From a virus (Duplodnaviria > Caudoviricetes): a DNA stretch of 27,437 nucleotides. Of the stretch, positions 17,558-26,837 are shown in pieces. The translations under genes were made by a program, and so were the position numbers. The stretch covers positions 1-27,437 of the IMG/VR virus record IMGVR_UViG_3300044627_002380. One strand, written 5' to 3'. The notes under the pieces are model-generated. The model ran no database searches and was not told the origin of the DNA. It saw only the letters and a list, made by a program, of their open reading frames with translations. Position 1 is the first letter of the stretch; every line of letters begins with the position of its first letter.

Positions 17558-19699
17558 GTGCAAGTGATTCGTTTATCGATAAACAAAACCGTTGTCAATA
17601 AGGCCGCAACACGTCAGGACTGGGTAGCTCTGAGCGCTCAGCTATCACCTGTTGAGATGGTCAGCGATGACATAATCAACCACCTCGTAGGTCACGGCTG
17701 GCCTATCTGCTGTGCTGACCTTCACGTCGATCAGAAGACAGGGTTTGCCAAGCGTAACGGCGATGCTTTCAAGTCTGCACAGATCGTGGGTGTCGACGTC
17801 GACAATGGCAAACACAGCTTCGACGACATCGAGGCAGACCCCTATTTCCGCAAGTACGCTTCGTTCGCGTACACGACAGCCTCGCACACGGCAGAGAACC
17901 CACGTTATCGGGTTATGTTCATAACCGAGGAGCCCATACGCAACGCCAAAGACTACAAGGCCATTACTACCGCCCTGGCTGAACGCTTTGGAGGCGACAC
18001 CAACGCACGGGATGCAGTACGCATCTGGTTTGGTGCTAAGAACGCACAGATCCACGTCTGGGGTAACATCCTTACCATGGATCAGATCGCTGACATGACA
18101 GACGGCCATGAGGAAGCACGTGATCTGGAGATTGCTTTTAACGCCTTCGGTGGTACTAAGCCGAACGTTGACCAGATTAGAGCAATGCTACGTGTCATAC
18201 CTAAGCAGCAGGATCACATCCAGTGGAAGAAAGTAGTGGCAGCAGTCGCACACGCCTTGGGTGACGATAAGATGGCCGCACAGCTCCTCGAGGAGTGGTC
18301 ACCTATGTCTGGAGGTCTGACGTATGCCGATGTTCTCAAGAATAAGCTCACAAGAGTAACCACTGCCACGTTGTACTATTACGCCAAGCTACATGGTTAC
18401 GAGGTTCCCAAGGACATTATCAAACTTGAGACCAAAGACCCTACCGAGATCCTCGACAAGGTTGAATCGTACCTATCCAGTGGTTACGAGTTCCGCAAGA
18501 ACGTGATCACTGGCAAAATCGAGCTCAGAGGCGACAACGATGTCAAATTTGAAGCCCTGACGGACTATTGGGTGCACAGTCAGCTTCGTAAGATGCGGAA
18601 GATTGGAATCAAGATCACCAAAGAGCGCATGAACGAAGTGCTCGATAGTGACTTCGTACCTAAGCACGACCCTATCAAATCTTATTTCGAAGGTTTGGAC
18701 GAGTGGAAAGCAGGCGATCGCAATTTCATCCGTGATTATGTGCAGTTACTGCCACACGATGCCGATATCGACGATGGTAAGCACAACTCAGCCGAAGTAC
18801 AGCATGCCATATTCGAGATGATCATCGAGAAGTGGCTCATAGGGGCCGTGGCCGGTGCTCTCGACCACAAACCGAACCACATCATGCTAATTCTGCAGGG
18901 CGGGCAGGGGATAGGCAAGACGACCTACCTACGTCACCTATGCCCTGTTGAGCTTCGCCAAGACTATTACCATGAGGGCAGCATCTCGGATGACAAGGAC
19001 GTCAAACTGATAATTGCCAGGTCTTTCATGGTCGTAGATGACGAACTGGAATCGATGACCAAAAAACAGCACGAATCTATTAAGGCCATCATCACGTCCG
19101 ACACCATGAGACTCAGGTCTCCTTACGATAAGTATGAGACGACGTACGCCAGAAGATGCTCCTTTGCAGGATCTGTCAATAGGCGAACGTTCCTGAACGA
19201 CGAGACCGGATCGCGCCGGTTCCCTGTTATACCGGTAGGGGGCAACATCGACATCACCTCAATCCGCCAGTTTGACATCGACGGTCTGTGGTCGCAGGCT
19301 GTTGCATACTACCGTGAGGGGAAACGTTACTGGTTTGATGATCGTGAGATCAGCAAGATCAACGACTGGAATAAGCACTTTGAAGTTTTGACGCAATACG
19401 ACGACTTAGTGTCCAAGTACATAACCCACAAGCCGGAGGGCTCGGGGGCTCACGTGCCGTTCCTGACCACATCCGAGGTTGCATCTCAACTGGCGAACCG
19501 CGTCTACGACGAAGAGAAGATCTCCCTGCAAATCAATGATAAGTTCATCTACGGGCTTGGAAGGGCATTAGCCAAGGCCAACATACCCCGAATAGCTAAA
19601 AAGACCACCACGGGCACGCGAAGGGGCTACAACGTGATTATAGGCACGAAGTCATCAGCACATTCGCCATTCAACGTAGATGAGGAAGGGGAGTTTTAA
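17558..19699 (+). CDS. Primase-helicase (N-terminal primase, PriCT-2-like, VirE/VapE P-loop ATPase)
   Basis: 'VGVDVDNG', 'YTTASH...PRYRV' (primase); 'HIQWKKVVAAV...EEWS' (PriCT-2); Walker A 'GGQGIGKTT', Walker B 'VVDDE', 'FLNDETGSRRF'. Confidence 0.9.
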   Translation: MQVIRLSINKTVVNKAATRQDWVALSAQLSPVEMVSDDIINHLVGHGWPICCADLHVDQKTGFAKRNGDAFKSAQIVGVDVDNGKHSFDDIEADPYFRKYASFAYTTASHTAENPRYRVMFITEEPIRNAKDYKAITTALAERFGGDTNARDAVRIWFGAKNAQIHVWGNILTMDQIADMTDGHEEARDLEIAFNAFGGTKPNVDQIRAMLRVIPKQQDHIQWKKVVAAVAHALGDDKMAAQLLEEWSPMSGGLTYADVLKNKLTRVTTATLYYYAKLHGYEVPKDIIKLETKDPTEILDKVESYLSSGYEFRKNVITGKIELRGDNDVKFEALTDYWVHSQLRKMRKIGIKITKERMNEVLDSDFVPKHDPIKSYFEGLDEWKAGDRNFIRDYVQLLPHDADIDDGKHNSAEVQHAIFEMIIEKWLIGAVAGALDHKPNHIMLILQGGQGIGKTTYLRHLCPVELRQDYYHEGSISDDKDVKLIIARSFMVVDDELESMTKKQHESIKAIITSDTMRLRSPYDKYETTYARRCSFAGSVNRRTFLNDETGSRRFPVIPVGGNIDITSIRQFDIDGLWSQAVAYYREGKRYWFDDREISKINDWNKHFEVLTQYDDLVSKYITHKPEGSGAHVPFLTTSEVASQLANRVYDEEKISLQINDKFIYGLGRALAKANIPRIAKKTTTGTRRGYNVIIGTKSSAHSPFNVDEEGEF

Positions 19700-20373
19700 T
19701 GCTGTTCACACGTGACGAATTGGTAGAGATGGGGCTTCTGAGTCCAGTTGCCACCCCTCGGTTGCCGGATTGCCAGAAGGTTGTCAGTTCGGACGAACAG
19801 GTGGCAACCGACCTAACCCCTTTATTTATATATATATACTTCTCTAGGTTGCTAGGTTGTAAGAATATATTAGAAGTAGAAGGAGAAATAAATGAAAAGT
19901 ATAGAGTGAAAACTATAGTTTCACCCTGCAACCTAGCAACCGAGAGGATGCTGGATTTCTTCGTAAGTCAATGGTACCGTTACGGTTGCGACGATTTGGC
20001 ATCGGTTGCTACGTCAGGGGGCACCTTGCAACCTGAAAACATAGATGCCGTTGTTGAGGCAACCCGAGGTACGTATTTACACGACGTGCTATCTGCTGAT
20101 TGGGAGTATTTCAAGCGGTATAAACAGCCACCAGGCGATGCTTGGGATGGCGTTCTACCCGATGATGGCCCCGACCTTTCCCAGTTCAACGCTACCGAGG
20201 CCAGACTTATCCCGAGCCATGAGGTGCTGGAGTCGGCTGTGGTCGAACGCCAGAGAGTCAAGGCAGGCAAGACCATGCTGTCCTTGATGTATGAGCACAA
20301 CGTCGACGTCTACACATGGTTCGAAGGTACCGACGGACTATGGCACTGTTACAACAACCAAGGGATGCAATGA
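19699..20373 (+). CDS. Hypothetical protein overlapping the putative origin
   Basis: TAATG and ATGA coupling at both ends; the N-terminal half reflects DNA repeats (recurrent VAT/LAT). Confidence 0.5.
   Translation: MLFTRDELVEMGLLSPVATPRLPDCQKVVSSDEQVATDLTPLFIYIYFSRLLGCKNILEVEGEINEKYRVKTIVSPCNLATERMLDFFVSQWYRYGCDDLASVATSGGTLQPENIDAVVEATRGTYLHDVLSADWEYFKRYKQPPGDAWDGVLPDDGPDLSQFNATEARLIPSHEVLESAVVERQRVKAGKTMLSLMYEHNVDVYTWFEGTDGLWHCYNNQGMQ
19746..20064. other. Putative replication origin (GGTTGC/GCAACC iterons around an AT-rich core)
   Basis: About a dozen exact or near copies in both orientations; inverted repeats 19747-19755/19800-19808 and 19847-19859/19929-19941; TTTATTTATATATATATA at 19821-19838. 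Confidence 0.7.
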
Positions 20374-20801
20374 GGGAAATAGACGATCTGGACTGGGATG
20401 CGAGCGAGCACAGGCTGCTGGATGAACTCAAGGCTGCCAAGCGTGCCAAGGCTGCCAAGAAAGCATCTGGGATTATACCCGAACGGGTAATCCAGAAGGC
20501 AATAGCAGACCAATTATGCCTTATCGGGTATATGGTGGTGCGTGTCAACAGCAGCACTCAACAGCTGGAACACGGCACACGGCTGTCCTCATACCGTGTG
20601 GTCAACATCAACGCCACATCAGGCCATGCCGACTTGGCTGTATATCGTGACGGCCGCGCATGGATGTTAGAGGTTAAGGCAGCCAAAGGTAGGGTGTCGG
20701 AAACGCAAAACAGGTTCTCGGACTGCTGCCTGCGTTATGGCGTACCCTATGGGATCGTCAGATCTGTCGACGATGCCATCGAGTTCGTCAAAAAGAATTA
20801 G
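20370..20801 (+). CDS. VRR-NUC domain nuclease (probable Holliday junction resolvase)
   Basis: 'ERVIQKAI...GHADL...LEVKAAKGRVSETQNRF...IVRSVDDA'; ATGA start at 20370. Confidence 0.8.
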   Translation: MREIDDLDWDASEHRLLDELKAAKRAKAAKKASGIIPERVIQKAIADQLCLIGYMVVRVNSSTQQLEHGTRLSSYRVVNINATSGHADLAVYRDGRAWMLEVKAAKGRVSETQNRFSDCCLRYGVPYGIVRSVDDAIEFVKKN

Positions 20802-20809
20802 GGGGTTTT

Positions 20810-21109
20810 ATGTTATACGAGTTGATTCTATCCGACGTATGCACACTGTGCGGCGTCACACTCGAGGATGCCTACAGTCCCACACGACGTGCTGATGTAG
20901 TCAGGGCGCGTTCTATCACGTGGTATATCCTAAGCAAGCACTACGGCTGGACGCTGACGTCGATTGCCAAGCACAGCCAAAAGCACCATGCTACGGTCTT
21001 GCACGGGATCGCCAGCATCGAGGATGCATATCTGATGTACAGCGACGTTAGGTCTGTGGTGACTGACATACAGCAGATCAATTATGCCAGCCTTATGAGG
21101 GGCTTGTGA
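20810..21109 (+). CDS. Stand-alone DnaA C-terminal (domain IV) helix-turn-helix protein
   Basis: 'SPTRRADVVRARSITWYIL...TLTSIAKHSQKHHATVLHGIASI' parallels the DnaA domain IV pattern (S..R...V..RQ.AM.L...SL..IG..F..RDHTTVLHA..KI). Confidence 0.8.
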   Translation: MLYELILSDVCTLCGVTLEDAYSPTRRADVVRARSITWYILSKHYGWTLTSIAKHSQKHHATVLHGIASIEDAYLMYSDVRSVVTDIQQINYASLMRGL

Positions 21110-21111
21110 TG

Positions 21112-21150
21112 TTGTGGATAAGTGGCCAACTATTAAGCATAACTTAATAG
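21112..21150 (+). promoter_or_regulatory. DnaA box plus hairpin upstream of terS
   Basis: TGTGGATAA (reverse complement of TTATCCACA) at 21113-21121; inverted repeat CTATTAAG-CATAA-CTTAATAG at 21130-21150. Confidence 0.65.
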
Positions 21151-21154
21151 CTGA

Positions 21155-21544
21155 ATGAACCTAACACCTTCACAAGAGGCCGAACTAAAACGTCGTGCAC
21201 GCGCCATGATGGGGTGGACTGCCCTGTCACGGTGGTGCTCAGTTCTGTTGAACCGTGACGTGCCTGTAAGTGAGTTGAAGGCTGACTATGCCCTCATGAT
21301 CGAGAACGAACGCAATGACGTCAGGTTCCAGCTGGCACAAACTCAGATCGACAAAGCCCTGTCTGGGGATAACACGATGCTGATTTGGTTAGGTAAGCAG
21401 CACCTCGCACAGACTGACAAGGCAGCGACTGAGGTTTCAGGCAAGACAGACATCAGGATAGTGCTCGCCCCCACACATGAGGAACCCAAGCACATCGAGG
21501 ATGCCGAAATCATCGCCATAGGGCCAAAGGACGCTTCGTTGTGA
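21155..21544 (+). CDS. terS: Terminase small subunit
   Basis: Directly upstream of terL; 'ALSGDNTMLIWLGKQHLAQTD' motif typical of these small subunits. Confidence 0.7.
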   Translation: MNLTPSQEAELKRRARAMMGWTALSRWCSVLLNRDVPVSELKADYALMIENERNDVRFQLAQTQIDKALSGDNTMLIWLGKQHLAQTDKAATEVSGKTDIRIVLAPTHEEPKHIEDAEIIAIGPKDASL

Positions 21545-22713
21545 TTACGATTGACGCACAGCTACACGACGGCCAAAAACTAATCTTCCGCAACCGGAGG
21601 CGTTTCAACACGGTCGCCTGTGGTCGTAGGTTTGGCAAGACTGTGATGGCGGAAGCCCTGCTTATCGAATCGGCTATAATGGGCAAACCAGCGGCTTACT
21701 TCGCCCCGACGTATAAGATGCTCTCTGATGTGTGGAAGGCTCTCAAGACAACGCTGCACCCTATCATCACGGGTGTAAGTGAACAAGAGAAGCGGCTGAC
21801 TATCGAGACGGGTGGTATCATCGACTGTTGGTCATTAGACGCCTTCGACAGCGTGCGGGGCCGTAAGTATGCACGGGTCGTCTGCGATGAGGTGGCGATG
21901 GTCAGGAACTTCATGGACGCATGGAACGAGGCGATCCGTCCGACGTTAACGGATTACAAGGGCGACGGGTATTTCTTCTCGACACCCAAGGGGCGCAACG
22001 ACTTCCACGCTATGTATGAACGTGCACGGCTGGATGAAACCTATGCCAGCTTCCGCATGCCTACCAGCGTGAACCCATATATCGCACAGGATGAAATCGA
22101 CGCTGCACAGCGAGAGCTCCCGACGGTGGTGTTCAATCAGGAATACCTCGCTGAGTTTGTAGACGTGCAGGGCGCTTTAGTCAAGCGTGAGATGATCACG
22201 TACGTAAACAGCGATCAGGTGCCACGGGATCTGAAGATCGGCATGGGTGTTGACCTTGCCATCAGTAAGTCAGATACGGCCGACTACACAGCCATAGCTG
22301 TTGTGGGCTACGACAAGGACTCGGGGCGTAGGTACGTGCTGGACATGTGGAGAGGTAAGGTGGGTTTTCACGAAGTCGTTCAAGGCGTCCAAAGCCTAGC
22401 GGCCAAATGGAACCCATCGCGGATCAACATCGAGGCAGTCCAGTATCAGGTGGCCGTAGTGCAGGAATTACTTCGCAAGACATCGCTGCCTGTCAAGGCT
22501 GTCAAACCAGACCGTGATAAGGTCACACGCTTTCACGGTCTGCTGGCAAGGTATGAGCAATTGTTGGTTACACATGTACGTGGGCTGGAGCCTTCATTCG
22601 AGCAAGAACTACTATCATTCCCAGAGGGCAACCACGACGACATGGTGGACGCTCTCGTTTACGCTGAGATCGCGGCTGTTAAGTCGCAAGGTGCTGGAGT
22701 TGTATTTCTATAA
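21541..22713 (+). CDS. terL: Terminase large subunit
   Basis: Walker A 'ACGRRFGKT', Walker B 'VVCDE', 'STPKG', nuclease 'GVDLA' and 'HDDMVDA'. Confidence 0.95.
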   Translation: MITIDAQLHDGQKLIFRNRRRFNTVACGRRFGKTVMAEALLIESAIMGKPAAYFAPTYKMLSDVWKALKTTLHPIITGVSEQEKRLTIETGGIIDCWSLDAFDSVRGRKYARVVCDEVAMVRNFMDAWNEAIRPTLTDYKGDGYFFSTPKGRNDFHAMYERARLDETYASFRMPTSVNPYIAQDEIDAAQRELPTVVFNQEYLAEFVDVQGALVKREMITYVNSDQVPRDLKIGMGVDLAISKSDTADYTAIAVVGYDKDSGRRYVLDMWRGKVGFHEVVQGVQSLAAKWNPSRINIEAVQYQVAVVQELLRKTSLPVKAVKPDRDKVTRFHGLLARYEQLLVTHVRGLEPSFEQELLSFPEGNHDDMVDALVYAEIAAVKSQGAGVVFL

Positions 22714-22725
22714 CGGACAAAAACA

Positions 22726-24675
22726 ATGGGACTAATTCAACAAATCAAGGCTTTCATCTCCCCTAGTGGTGAGGTCGCACAGAACGACCTACCTATACCA
22801 GTGACGGAGTTGTGGAACAAGCATAACTTCACACCTATCGTCAACTGGCGTGGTGCTTACCAGATGTGGAAGGCTAACCCCGTGGCTGTGGCGTGCACTC
22901 TGACGTATTCGCTGATGATGCCGGAAGCGCAGATAGGTGTGATCACTCCGAACGGTTACGACTTCAAAAGCCCTATCGTGGGGATGCTGACACGTAACCA
23001 ATGGCGTGTGACGTTTGGTGAGATCATGACCATCCTGTGCATTGGTGGCAACGCGTATGGTTATAAGCTACGCAACGCCTCGGGTGCTATCATCGGCATG
23101 CGCTGGTATTCAGATAAAAACTTCGCCCCTGTAAACGATGGTTACGGTGACGTCGAACACTACCTATACTACGATGGACAGGTAGCGTACACAGTACGCA
23201 AGGAAGACGTCGTTCACATCCAGGGCTTTTGGTACGACCCTGAGAAAACGCTTGGTGGTGGCAGCCCTGTTGAGTTAGCAGCGCAGTCTATCGAGGGCTA
23301 CAATGAAGCCACGTCTACGGTGTTCAACATCCACAAGAACGACGCCATGCCTAAGACGATCGTAGTCTACGACGAAGAGCTCACACCTGACCAGGTAGCA
23401 CTTGCTGAACGTTCGTTCAAGCGTAAATATGGGGGCGACCGCCGCGGCTCTGTGGGCATCATGTGGGGTGTCAAGGATGTTAAACGCCTTGCACTTGACT
23501 GGAATGAACTAGGATTGTCTGATACCTTTGGTCAATACGAGACGCGGATCTGTGGTGCTTACAAGGTGCACCCGATTATAGCAGGAACGCACATGGGGCT
23601 TTCTTCAGCTACCTACAGCAATTTTGAGCAGGCAAGCAAGGACTTCACCAACATGGTACGTGTTCCGTTCTGGAACATGATAGCCGACCAGATCAACGCA
23701 CAGCTAGCTATCCCTGAATATGGCGTGCAACTTGGGTTCGACCTCTCGACAGTGCAGGCCCTGGCAGGTGAGACCATCGCCATGGAAGCGGTATCTACGG
23801 ACAACGACAGCGACGTCGACGATGATTCAGACGTCGACGACACACCCGAAACACTAAGCCTCGGAGGTGGCGTGTCTTCGGACAAATACTTTCACAAAAA
23901 CTACAGCGTTACCGTAGGGGCCGAGACCAAGGCATGGCTACACCATCCCGATTCACAGGTATACGCCAAAGCCTATGACGACCTGCTTAACAAGCAATCC
24001 GAGAATATCGCTAAGGAGTGGGGGCGTGTGCTGGATGATCTCTACGAAACCATCACGGCTGACGTTAAGGCGCTCCGCATCGAGACGAAGATAGACGACC
24101 AGTTCAGCCTCGATGTCTGGGAGAAGAAATTCGTCGACGGTACCGAAGACAGCCGAACCGAGCTAGTCGAGATCATCATGGCCTTGGCCCAGGAGGAAGT
24201 GGACGCTCAGGGTGAGTTTGGACGTGCTCGTGAGGATGGCATACGTGAGAGCGCTGACAAGATAGCCGAATCGGTCGGTACCATCCGCAGTGATGTTCAG
24301 ACATTGCTACGAAACAATCCTGGTGCCAGCGAGGAGGAACTGTCTAAGCTGCTGCTAGATAAGTTTGAGAGTCTCAAGATGCCGGTCATTCCTACTGTGA
24401 AGCAATCAAGGGCAGAACTTATCGCACGCACTACAGCAACGGCGACGACTGGTAAGGTGCAGAAATCGGTATGGACTGAATTGGGTGGCATTAAGCGTGA
24501 GTGGGTGGCCTTGTCAGGGGCTCGAGCTGCACATGCCGACGCCCACGAACAGCCTGAAAACTTGGATGGCAACTTCGTAGTCGGTGGTGAAACAACGCCT
24601 TATCCTGCAGGCCCTGGCTTGTCAGCATCCAACTCCGTCAACTGCCGATGCTTCACACGTGCAAGGCAACTCTAA
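22726..24675 (+). CDS. Portal protein fused to MuF/SPP1 gp7-like minor head domain
   Basis: About 350-aa HK97-type portal ('IGGNAY', 'ICGAYKVHP', 'TYSNFEQ'), acidic linker, then 'RAELIARTT...KREW...NCRC'. Confidence 0.9.
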   Translation: MGLIQQIKAFISPSGEVAQNDLPIPVTELWNKHNFTPIVNWRGAYQMWKANPVAVACTLTYSLMMPEAQIGVITPNGYDFKSPIVGMLTRNQWRVTFGEIMTILCIGGNAYGYKLRNASGAIIGMRWYSDKNFAPVNDGYGDVEHYLYYDGQVAYTVRKEDVVHIQGFWYDPEKTLGGGSPVELAAQSIEGYNEATSTVFNIHKNDAMPKTIVVYDEELTPDQVALAERSFKRKYGGDRRGSVGIMWGVKDVKRLALDWNELGLSDTFGQYETRICGAYKVHPIIAGTHMGLSSATYSNFEQASKDFTNMVRVPFWNMIADQINAQLAIPEYGVQLGFDLSTVQALAGETIAMEAVSTDNDSDVDDDSDVDDTPETLSLGGGVSSDKYFHKNYSVTVGAETKAWLHHPDSQVYAKAYDDLLNKQSENIAKEWGRVLDDLYETITADVKALRIETKIDDQFSLDVWEKKFVDGTEDSRTELVEIIMALAQEEVDAQGEFGRAREDGIRESADKIAESVGTIRSDVQTLLRNNPGASEEELSKLLLDKFESLKMPVIPTVKQSRAELIARTTATATTGKVQKSVWTELGGIKREWVALSGARAAHADAHEQPENLDGNFVVGGETTPYPAGPGLSASNSVNCRCFTRARQL

Positions 24676-24676
24676 C

Positions 24677-24703
24677 TTGTGGATAATTAAACAATAGCAT
24701 AAC
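24677..24703 (+). promoter_or_regulatory. DnaA box plus AGCATAAC motif upstream of protease/capsid
   Basis: TTGTGGATAA at 24677-24686 and AGCATAAC at 24696-24703, both also present upstream of terS. Confidence 0.65.
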
Positions 24704-24732
24704 CCAAATTCGTATGGTATGGGGAACACACC

Positions 24733-25482
24733 ATGAAAATTGAACGTAAGACTTTTGAATTTCAAGCAAAGGCAGAGGGTGACAGTGGCGTAATCGAGGC
24801 CATCGTCTCCGTGTTTAATAACGTCGACAGCTATGGCGACCGTGTTAAGTACGGTTTCTTCGACGATTCGCTGAAGACCAAACTGCCAAAGGGCGTCTGG
24901 GCTCACGATTGGAAGACACCGGTGGCCAAGACATTAGAAGCCCGTGAGCTAATGCCAGGCGACGCCATGCTGCCAGATAGCTTGAAAGACCTTGGTGGCC
25001 TGTATATCAAAGGCCAATTCAACATGAATACACAGCGAGGACGTGAGACCTACTCCGACATCAAGGAAGGTATCATCGACGAGTTCTCGATCGGTTATTC
25101 AGTAGTTGAAGAAACATTTGCACAGGACGGAGCACGTGAACTGGTAAAGGGTAAACTTTACGAATGGTCACCGGTGCTGTTCGGTGCTAACTCACAAACG
25201 GCACTTATTAGCGCTAAGGGACTCAATGATGATCTAGAAGACGTTGGAACCGACGTCGATAGACTCATCACGAGGTTGAACGAACGCGCAGAGATTAGGC
25301 AGAAGGAAGGGCGCACGCTATCGTCGGCTAACGTGGCACGCCTGACCGAATTGATGGACACACTTACCGCTGCAGTAGGCAATATTAAAATGCTTATTGA
25401 CGCGGCACAACCGGTTTCCGCAAAGGCTGCCATGGAAATGGAAGCATTGCGGGCATTAGTAAACAAGAGGAAACAATCATGA
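24733..25482 (+). CDS. HK97-family prohead protease
   Basis: 'VFNNVDSYGD', 'WAHD', 'FSIGY', 'LYEWSPV..GAN'; helical C-terminal extension 'KEGRTLSSAN'. Confidence 0.92.
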   Translation: MKIERKTFEFQAKAEGDSGVIEAIVSVFNNVDSYGDRVKYGFFDDSLKTKLPKGVWAHDWKTPVAKTLEARELMPGDAMLPDSLKDLGGLYIKGQFNMNTQRGRETYSDIKEGIIDEFSIGYSVVEETFAQDGARELVKGKLYEWSPVLFGANSQTALISAKGLNDDLEDVGTDVDRLITRLNERAEIRQKEGRTLSSANVARLTELMDTLTAAVGNIKMLIDAAQPVSAKAAMEMEALRALVNKRKQS

Positions 25483-26828
25483 ATTTGCAACAGATCAACG
25501 ACGCCATCAGCGCCAAGTCTAGCGAGCTCGAAACGCTCCTTGCTAAGACAGAGCCAACGATGGACGAAGTAAAGTCTGCACAGACATTGAACGCTGAAAT
25601 CGACGCGCTCAATGAGCAGGCCAACGAAGTAAAGTCGTTCGAAGCTATCAAGGCCAAGAACGCACAACGCCAGACAGAAGTGAAGACAGCAGTGAACAAG
25701 CTGCCAAAGTCAAACGACATCAAGGTCGGCGAATCATCAGCAAAGGCTAACATGCCAGATGCTGAGTACAAGGCTTACGTAACAGGCTTGTTTGTTGGTG
25801 GTCTTGCTAACGAGACAGCACGCCAGAAGTACACAGAAGTTACTGGCCTTGATTATAAGACACACACACAAGGCAACGACGCTACAGGCGGTATCTTCGT
25901 TCCTACGGAGACATCGAGCCTCATCGTTAACCTCAAGGACACATACGGATCATTCCGTCGCAACACACGTGTTGAGCCTATGGGATCGGAATCAATCCGC
26001 ATCTTCCGCACAGGCGATGACGTGACGGCATACTGGGGATCAGAGACAGGTACATTGTCATCATCTGACATGTCATTTGATGCAGTGACGTTGAACGCAA
26101 AGAAGATGTATGCTCTCGCTGTTCTCTCGGAAGAACTCGTAATGAACAGCACACAGAATCTTGGCCTTCGCTTTGCTGAATCGGTAGCTCGCCAGTTCGC
26201 AAAGAAGGAAGACGAAGCTGGTTTCTTGGGTGATGGCACGTCTACATACGGCGGTGTTCTCGGTCTTGCTGGCAAGCTCCGCAAGGTTCTCGAGGATGGC
26301 GGCGGAACATGGACGAACGACACGCACAAGGGATACCTTGGATCAGCACAGGTATGTGCTGGCAACACGTTCGCAGAGGTAACCATGGGCAACCTGATTG
26401 CTGGTATGCGTAAGGTTCCAACATACGCACTCACAGGTGCTAAGTGGTATTTCAACAAGGTAGCTTTCGGTGAGACAGCAGAGCGCCTCGCATACGCACA
26501 GGGCGGTTCAACAGCTGCAGAACTTGCTGGATCATTCGGTCAGCGCCTCTTCGGCTATCCTGTCGAGTTCGTCGACGTTATGCCATCAGCAGATGCTAAC
26601 AGCCAGGTATTCGCTTACTTCGGTAACCTCACACAAGCTGCAACTCTTGGTGATCGTATGGCAACATCGATCAAGCAAGATGCAAGCAAGGGCTTCGACA
26701 CAGATACAATCTATGTTAAGGCAACGCAGTACCTCGACATCAAGGTACACGAAATGGGCAACTACAATGCTACAGCAGCATCACGTACGACAGGCCCTGT
26801 TGTTGGTTTCGTAACTATTAACTCATAA
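25479..26828 (+). CDS. Major capsid protein (HK97 fold)
   Basis: N-terminal coiled-coil delta domain, 'GGIFVP', 'SEEL', 'FLGDG', 'LFGYPV', 'YFGNL'. Confidence 0.93.
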   Translation: MNLQQINDAISAKSSELETLLAKTEPTMDEVKSAQTLNAEIDALNEQANEVKSFEAIKAKNAQRQTEVKTAVNKLPKSNDIKVGESSAKANMPDAEYKAYVTGLFVGGLANETARQKYTEVTGLDYKTHTQGNDATGGIFVPTETSSLIVNLKDTYGSFRRNTRVEPMGSESIRIFRTGDDVTAYWGSETGTLSSSDMSFDAVTLNAKKMYALAVLSEELVMNSTQNLGLRFAESVARQFAKKEDEAGFLGDGTSTYGGVLGLAGKLRKVLEDGGGTWTNDTHKGYLGSAQVCAGNTFAEVTMGNLIAGMRKVPTYALTGAKWYFNKVAFGETAERLAYAQGGSTAAELAGSFGQRLFGYPVEFVDVMPSADANSQVFAYFGNLTQAATLGDRMATSIKQDASKGFDTDTIYVKATQYLDIKVHEMGNYNATAASRTTGPVVGFVTINS

Positions 26829-26837
26829 GGTGACAAC

